From NCBI GenBank assembly GCA_025340205.1, contig CP006868.1, positions 1,050,001-1,082,000 of the forward strand: a stretch of DNA of 32,000 nt. The letters are read 5' to 3'. The notes beneath the pieces were generated by a model, which saw only the letters and a program-made list of their open reading frames with translations, had not been told where the DNA came from and made no database searches. Both the position numbers and the translations under genes were made by a program. This stretch comes from Ignicoccus pacificus DSM 13166. GTDB taxonomy: Archaea; Thermoproteota; Thermoprotei_A; Sulfolobales; Ignicoccaceae. Below are positions 26,617-32,000 of the stretch, one piece after another (the first letter of the stretch is position 1; every line of letters starts with the position of its first letter).

Positions 26617-27210
26617 TTGAAGGTAGGTGTCCTAGCACTTCAAGGAGGCGTCGTAGAGCACGTTCACATGTTGAAGGAAGCTGCCAAGAAGTTAGGAATA
26701 GACGTAGAAGTAGTGGAGGTCAGGAAGAAGGAGCACTTGGACGGCCTTAGGGCGATAGTCCTCCCCGGAGGGGAGAGCACCGCTATGTACAGGTTAGGCA
26801 AGAGGCTAGGAATAGCTGAGCCCCTCAAGGACTTGCTCCTCGAGGGAGTTCCGGCTCTGGGCACTTGTGCCGGAGCAGCCCTAGTGGCCAAGAAGGTCAT
26901 AGACGCTCAGAGTAACAAGGAGTACACCCCTCTCTTGGGAGTGATGGACGTCGAGGTGATAAGGAACTACTTCGGGAGGCAGAGGGAGAGCTTTGAGGCC
27001 GACTTGGAGATAAGCGGAATAGGCGAGTTCAGGGGAATCTTCATAAGAGCTCCTGCCATAAGGCCCCTGAGCAACTCCGTAGAGATCCTAGCAACATTCA
27101 AGGGAGTTGGAGTTATGGCGAAGCAAGGGAGCTTGATGATAACTTCCTTCCATCCTGAGCTCACCTCAAACACCAAGATACATGAGAAGCTCCTCCAGAT
27201 GGCCCTTTAA
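26617..27210 (+). CDS. pdxT: Pyridoxal 5'-phosphate synthase glutaminase subunit
   Basis: 197 aa, TTG start; 'KVGVLALQGGVVEHVHMLKEA', 'IVLPGGESTAMYRL', 'ALGTCAGAALVAKKV', 'VEVIRNYFGRQRESFEADLEI', 'GVMAKQGSLMITSFHPELT'. Confidence 0.95.
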   Translation: MKVGVLALQGGVVEHVHMLKEAAKKLGIDVEVVEVRKKEHLDGLRAIVLPGGESTAMYRLGKRLGIAEPLKDLLLEGVPALGTCAGAALVAKKVIDAQSNKEYTPLLGVMDVEVIRNYFGRQRESFEADLEISGIGEFRGIFIRAPAIRPLSNSVEILATFKGVGVMAKQGSLMITSFHPELTSNTKIHEKLLQMAL

Positions 27211-27859
27211 TACATTAAAGAAGGTTGTGACCAGACTTGGGGGTGCGAAGTTTTTGGACGAGCTCTTGGAGCTCGACGAAGCTTACTCGATAGCTGAAAG
27301 GCTTTACCAAGAGTTGGATGATATCCCGGAGCTGGCCCTCCTCTTGGTCCACTTGAGGAGAGTGGCCCTCAATCATAAGAGGCTGGTCTTCGAGACCTCG
27401 GAAGCGGCCTTCCTCGCCGGGGGCACCAGGGTTCCTACCATAAAGAAGAGCATAATATTCTATTTAAAGGAACTTCTCAACGACGTCAAGATGGCGTACA
27501 AAAGAGTAGTCAATACCATGAATGAGTTCGAGGAATCGACTAGGATAGTCTCCAAGGTGTTGGAGGACTTGAGGATAGAGTTCGAGAGGAGGTGCTCGAG
27601 AGGGGACAAGAGCTATTGTGAGGCGAAGAGGGAGCTCATAAGGCTCATCGAGATATGGGCGAGTTGGATAAGCAAGAGGATGGACAGCATGAAGGAGAAG
27701 GTGAAAGAGTTGGAGAGGATGATAGACGAGGGATCGCTGAAGGAGATAGAGGAGGCGCTGGATGCCTTGGAAGAAGAGAGGACTACCAAGAAAGGCTTCA
27801 TAGGAAGGCTGAAGGATTTCTTATCTAGGAAGCCACCAGAGGAAGGGGAAGGCGAGTAG
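27182..27859 (+). CDS. Helical/coiled-coil protein of unknown function
   Basis: 225-aa ORF overlapping pdxT end; long charged helical segments 'MKEKVKELERMIDEGSLKEIEEALDALEEERTTKK'. Confidence 0.6.
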   Translation: MRSSSRWPFNTLKKVVTRLGGAKFLDELLELDEAYSIAERLYQELDDIPELALLLVHLRRVALNHKRLVFETSEAAFLAGGTRVPTIKKSIIFYLKELLNDVKMAYKRVVNTMNEFEESTRIVSKVLEDLRIEFERRCSRGDKSYCEAKRELIRLIEIWASWISKRMDSMKEKVKELERMIDEGSLKEIEEALDALEEERTTKKGFIGRLKDFLSRKPPEEGEGE

Positions 27860-28312
27860 CGCCACGTATCCCAAGTAGGGTATCTTGATCACGTACCCTC
27901 CTACCGTTACCACCTTCCCCGCGACCCTCCACTGGGGCACTCCGGGCAAGGGCTGCCCGGTCTTGCAGTTCACGAACTGACCGAGCCAGTAGTCCGTGCC
28001 CGGGTTGTCGTCCCCCTTAGTCACGAAGTAATAGGTTCCATTAACGTACTTGATAGCGATTACCCTGTGAATGATAAAAGGTCCTTGACAAGAGTGGTAA
28101 ACGATGATGTCTCCCACGTGAACGTCCTTGGGAGACGTCCCCATAACGAACACTAAATCTCCCCTCTCCAGGGTCGGGAGCATCGATCCGGAGGCGACTG
28201 CGGCTATGGGTATCTCGGTTCTTAAGGCGAATTTCAAGACCGTCAGAATTATTATTGCCTCAACTATGGCCTTTATCCATTCCCACGCCTCCTTCTTCGC
28301 CTTGTCGCTCAC
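27821..28312 (-). CDS. Signal peptidase I (archaeal Sec11-like)
   Basis: 163 aa; 'IPIAAVASGSMLPTLERGDLVFVMG', 'IIVYHSCQGPFIIHRVIAI', 'VTKGDDNPGTD'. Confidence 0.92.
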   Translation of the reverse strand: MSDKAKKEAWEWIKAIVEAIIILTVLKFALRTEIPIAAVASGSMLPTLERGDLVFVMGTSPKDVHVGDIIVYHSCQGPFIIHRVIAIKYVNGTYYFVTKGDDNPGTDYWLGQFVNCKTGQPLPGVPQWRVAGKVVTVGGYVIKIPYLGYVALLAFPFLWWLPR

Positions 28313-29265
28313 GGTATCTTCACCGGAGCTGAGAGCGCGAAGGCAATCAAAAGGACCACTAGGGCTACGGGGGAGGGCCCCTCGGTGGGATCCCTTACGA
28401 AGGGAGTGGGGAGGAAGTAGAGGGAGAGGAGGACGGCCGTTAAGGCATATCCTAAGGTCAGCACACCTAGCAAGCTGTCATAGCTGAAGACTACTAGCCA
28501 GAGGGCCACCGGAAGCCACCAGAGCCTCTTCCTAATCCCCAAGGCTCCCCATGAGGGGGAGAAGGTGTAGAAGGAGCACTGGAAGAAGGCTGAAAGCATG
28601 TACGCTAAGGCTCCCAAGGTTAGCGGGTTAGCAGCTCCTTGCAGCAAGGAGAAGCCTTCTGGAATGAGCTTCATCGTATTGCCGGAAGGCCTCGTTATAA
28701 CCACTTGGAAGGCGCTTTGGGACCAGTAGGCTAAGGCTATTGCAGATAGAACTCCGATGAGGAGGGGGATGGAGTAAGCGTAGGAGTGCTCCTTCATGCT
28801 CTTGAAAGCTCTAGTAGGGACGAAGGAAGGCAATATTCCGGGAAGTATGGATGGAGCGGGGAACAAGTAGAGATCGAAGAACACGCCCAAGCTCATACCT
28901 ATGACTAGTGCTGAGATCGCTTGGATCGCTAGGGGTATCAAGGATCCCGCTAGGAACATGTAGAGGGCCTGGAGGACCGTGTAATTAGTTCCCTTGCTGA
29001 AGCTGTAAGCAAAAGAATAAGCCATTATTCCAAAAAGGAAGAGGGTTAGAACGGCTGTTTCAAGGCTGAAGGAGGGGAGCTCACTTAGCGGCCTTAGCTC
29101 TATGAAGGCCCCCCTCTTCTCCCCTACAAGAGGTCCACAGGCCTTCTCGCACTTCTCAGTCTTGTCCCTGGTAACTATCAGGCTTTCCTCTCCGTACGCC
29201 AGGGGCTCACATGAGCTGAGGCACGTCTCCGAAAACCTCTTTCTCTGCTCTGAGGAGCCACTCAA
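28309..29265 (-). CDS. Polytopic membrane protein of unknown function (Yip1-like character); true start may be downstream of 29207
   Basis: 318-aa ORF with ~6 hydrophobic segments; 4-nt stop/start overlap with signal peptidase gene; N-term 59 nt overlap rpoK out of frame. Confidence 0.65.
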   Translation of the reverse strand: MSGSSEQRKRFSETCLSSCEPLAYGEESLIVTRDKTEKCEKACGPLVGEKRGAFIELRPLSELPSFSLETAVLTLFLFGIMAYSFAYSFSKGTNYTVLQALYMFLAGSLIPLAIQAISALVIGMSLGVFFDLYLFPAPSILPGILPSFVPTRAFKSMKEHSYAYSIPLLIGVLSAIALAYWSQSAFQVVITRPSGNTMKLIPEGFSLLQGAANPLTLGALAYMLSAFFQCSFYTFSPSWGALGIRKRLWWLPVALWLVVFSYDSLLGVLTLGYALTAVLLSLYFLPTPFVRDPTEGPSPVALVVLLIAFALSAPVKIP

Positions 29266-29506
29266 GGGGGATCAACTGTTCCTTACCGCCGGCGGTTCTT
29301 CTTCTAATCGTTATCGGGAGAGCTCCGGCCTCTAGCTCTTTGGTGGCTATCTCTATTGGGTCCTTCTTTGGGAGCTTGCTGACGTCGATGAGAGGAGGGG
29401 CCCCTATCGAGAGCTGGAGTGCTCTCACCCCTATTATTACAGCTCTCTCGAACTTAGTGACCTTAGGAGGTCCCAACCTTATCAGCTTGTGATATTCTCC
29501 CTCCAA
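29207..29506 (-). CDS. rpoK: DNA-directed RNA polymerase subunit K (omega-like)
   Basis: 99 aa; '[26 protein letters not shown]...[21 protein letters not shown]'. Confidence 0.92.
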   Translation of the reverse strand: MEGEYHKLIRLGPPKVTKFERAVIIGVRALQLSIGAPPLIDVSKLPKKDPIEIATKELEAGALPITIRRRTAGGKEQLIPLEWLLRAEKEVFGDVPQLM

Positions 29507-29584
29507 GTCCTAGGTCCCCATCTGGGGGAGCGAGGGGAAAATAAATAGCTAAGGAGAGGCAGCTTAAATCATTAAAGCGAGGGG

Positions 29585-29707
29585 ATGCGGAACAATTCAA
29601 GCGACGAGTTGGTTATATTATATATTGACAAGGTTTTTGATATTTTAAAAGATGATCCTTTGACACGGGCGTATGTATCAAGCAATATGGTTAAAATGGA
29701 AGTTTGA
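29585..29707 (+). CDS. Small ORF, 40 aa (not in supplied track)
   Basis: ATG after GCGAGGGG: MRNNSSDELVILYIDKVFDILKDDPLTRAYVSSNMVKMEV*; TATA-like CTTAAAT about 20-25 nt upstream. Confidence 0.3.
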   Translation: MRNNSSDELVILYIDKVFDILKDDPLTRAYVSSNMVKMEV

Positions 29708-30357
29708 GAGAATTAGAGACTTTCTGTCCTAATCTTTCTTACTTGTTTGATTACATTTGCTTAGCAAGCGTTGAGATACTTCTTCAGCTTCCCTTGAAAG
29801 TTTCTGTCCAATTAGGTGAACGTATTAGTCCCATTCCTCTTGTCATTCCCTATTGAGACTTCTTCTGATGTCCATCCAAGATATCATTTTTCAATACTAT
29901 TCTAACATCGCTTTCTCCCTTCGATTTGTCTAAAACCTTCGATTTTGAAGGACTACATAGAGAAATACTTTCCTCTTCTAAGTCAACCGCTTCCATAGAT
30001 TCCTATCGCTCCTTTCTTCCTTCTTCATTTCCTATTTTCCATGGGAACATATCAGAACATTTATGGTCTCCTTTCTTCCCTTTACCTTGAGCGCTATTCG
30101 CCTTTGAATATGAATTCTTCAATTAGCTTAATGATCAAGCAATTCTTTCCACTATCACATACATGAGAACGCCGATGATAATGAACTCTTTTGTTTGACT
30201 ATTAGTTTCAGTTAGGTAATTCTAATTGATGAAAGTAGAGCAAAACTGTTCTCATGAAAGCTTAAGTATTCAGAGTTAATAAAGGCCTCTCAATAGGGCA
30301 ATGGGAAAGGAATGGCTTATTAGCTAATGGAAGGATTGGTTAAATAGGAGAGTCACG
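29708..30357 (+). promoter_or_regulatory. Probable CRISPR leader side; AT-rich, mostly non-coding tract (only the proximal part is likely to be the functional leader)
   Basis: No convincing ORF, more AT-rich than flanks, located opposite the degenerate terminal repeat and on the 5' side of the repeat orientation. Confidence 0.45.
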
Positions 30358-31333
30358 GAAGAGTTACAATAGTGAATAGAAAGGGGGGCTATCCCCATCG
30401 GCTTCAAGGATCGTATTCGTTCGGGGAAGAGTTACAATAGTGAATAGAAAGTTCGGTGGTAGCTATGTGTATGTTCTGCGAGTTACCCGATGGGAAGAGT
30501 TACAATAGTGAATAGAAAGCTAGGTAGGAGTCCCCCAAGTCGGTCTTGTCATGGTTGGTGGAAGAGTTACAATAGTGAATAGAAAGTCAGGAATGCTTAG
30601 TGCGGCAGTCATCGGTTCGTCGGTGGCGTGAAGAGTTACAATAGTGAATAGAAAGTCCAAAGCCAATGGTGGTAGTCGGTACGCATGATACTTTATGAAG
30701 AGTTACAATAGTGAATAGAAAGCCCTTTTCCCAGGTAGCGTGTAGTCAGAGGTCACTCCAAGGGAAGAGTTACAATAGTGAATAGAAAGAGATACAACAA
30801 GAGGCGGAAGCCCCTCTACGAATACCTTGTCCCCGAAGAGTTACAATAGTGAATAGAAAGTCACCGGGATAATCATGAAGATTGAGTTCCCTTCCGAGGA
30901 AGAGTTACAATAGTGAATAGAAAGTGGGGCATAAAATGAGATGGGAAGGACACAGAGCATTTACTGAAGAGTTACAATAGTGAATAGAAAGTACCAAAGC
31001 TTCAACACGTTCTCAGCCGGCATCAAAGAGAAGAGTTACGAAGAGTTACAATAGTGAATAGAAAGCCGATCCGGGAGGCTCCTGGCCATCGAGGTCAAGT
31101 CCAGAAGAGTTACAATAGTGAATAGAAAGTTGCCCGGCCCCATCGTTTCGTTGGCATTTACTTTCCTTCCAGAAGAGTTACAATAGTGAATAGAAAGCTG
31201 CTTCTGCCTCTATGCCATCGATCAAGTCAACCTTCATGGAAGAGTTACAATAGTGAATAGAAAGGCTATCGTTGTTCCCGTTAGAATATACCAAGGGTAT
31301 GTTGTATGAGAAGTTACAGTATTAAACAGAAAA
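30358..31333 (+). CRISPR. CRISPR array: 14 identical 26-nt repeats plus a degenerate 15th; 14 spacers
   Basis: Repeat GAAGAGTTACAATAGTGAATAGAAAG at 30358, 30426, 30494, 30561, 30630, 30697, 30764, 30835, 30899, 30966, 31040, 31104, 31172, 31239; degenerate copy GAGAAGTTACAGTATTAAACAGAAAA at 31308..31333. Spacers 38-48 nt (38-45 if the partial repeat is excluded), all different. Confidence 0.99.
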
Positions 31334-31560
31334 TCATTCGTTATTGAAGTTATGATCACCTTAAGACAATAAGTAGAAGGAATTACATTTGTCAGTATAA
31401 CGATATCAAGGAATACAAATGTACGTGCAACTCTATTATTACAAGCAATAAGAACTAAGCATCTAATAGGGACTAAACTCGAACCTCTCCATCTATACTC
31501 ACATGGAAAGCAGTATCGATATTAATACCTTCCTGGTGGGTCAACACACGGGACCACGTT

Positions 31561-32000
31561 ATGTCCAAAACCGAGGCTTCCTTGAAGGTCCTCCCCCTTC
31601 TGTTTCTCATTGTCGCTCCCGCCTTCGCCTCCGTCCTCCACGCCTCCTACGCTCAGCATTGTAACAAACCAATAACCTTGACGATAATATCAAGGCATCC
31701 AACCGACGTTCTGGAAAAGGCAAGGGACATGTTCCTGAAGACTCAATATGCTAAGGAATACTGCATAAAGGACGTACGCTTCATCCAACTCCCTCCAGGA
31801 TGGTGGATTGATTACATCAAGGCTCACCCTGTCGACATAGCGTGGGGAGGAGGACCTACCCAGTACGACCTCCTCTTTAAGTTCCACTTACTCAGACCCC
31901 TCCAGACCAAGATGGCCCTTGACGCCGCCGCTCAGATTCCCGATACCTTAGCCGGAGCTCCAATGAAGAGAATAGTTAACGGAAAGATATACTGGGTCGC
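31561..32000 (+). CDS. ABC-type extracellular solute-binding protein, N-terminal part, runs off right edge (not in supplied track)
   Basis: Open frame from ATG 31561: MSKTEASLKVLPLLFLIVAPAFASVLHASYAQHCNKPITLTIISRHPTDVLEKARDMFLKTQYAKEYCIKDVRFIQLPPGWWIDYIKAHPVDIAWGGGPTQYDLLFKVHLLRPLQTKMALDAAAQIPDTLAGAPMKRIVNGKIYWV; signal peptide and periplasmic-binding-like 'VDIAWGGGPTQYDLL'. Confidence 0.75.
   Translation, partial: MSKTEASLKVLPLLFLIVAPAFASVLHASYAQHCNKPITLTIISRHPTDVLEKARDMFLKTQYAKEYCIKDVRFIQLPPGWWIDYIKAHPVDIAWGGGPTQYDLLFKFHLLRPLQTKMALDAAAQIPDTLAGAPMKRIVNGKIYWV

Noticed and set aside
31690-31887. 65-aa minus-strand ORF
   Set aside because: Antisense to a better-supported plus-strand ORF with signal peptide and solute-binding-protein character starting at 31561.
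1-32000. Transposase, integrase, toxin-antitoxin or cas operon
   Set aside because: No ORF in the track or in my reading matches these; only an orphan CARF protein and a cas-less CRISPR array are supported.

Overview
Archaeal (probably thermophilic crenarchaeal/Desulfurococcales-like) chromosomal window, densely packed with mostly short, overlapping genes. Recognisable genes: compact hybrid cluster protein, APE2256-type CARF protein, geranylgeranyl reductase, DHH phosphoesterase, topoisomerase VI subunit A, GMP synthase glutaminase subunit, macro domain, tRNA-Gln(TTG), PEP synthase, MFS transporter, PdxT, signal peptidase I, RNA polymerase subunit K, and the start of a substrate-binding protein. 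The right end carries a CRISPR array at 30358..31333: 14 identical 26-nt repeats plus one degenerate terminal repeat. It has no adjacent cas genes, and a ~650-850 bp AT-rich, mostly non-coding tract lies on its probable leader side. Most unusual signals: (1) four dispersed paralogous Cys-containing beta-propeller-like proteins sharing '[DE]C[KR]YL' and in three cases 'SYCC' motifs, one of them a membrane-anchored protein with two Thr-rich segments and a helical tail; (2) a stand-alone CARF/ring-nuclease-like gene divergent from a kinase-like gene; (3) a 10-nt partial repeat duplication inside the CRISPR array; (4) a ParA/MinD-like protein with an apparently degenerate P-loop. No mobile element was identified.
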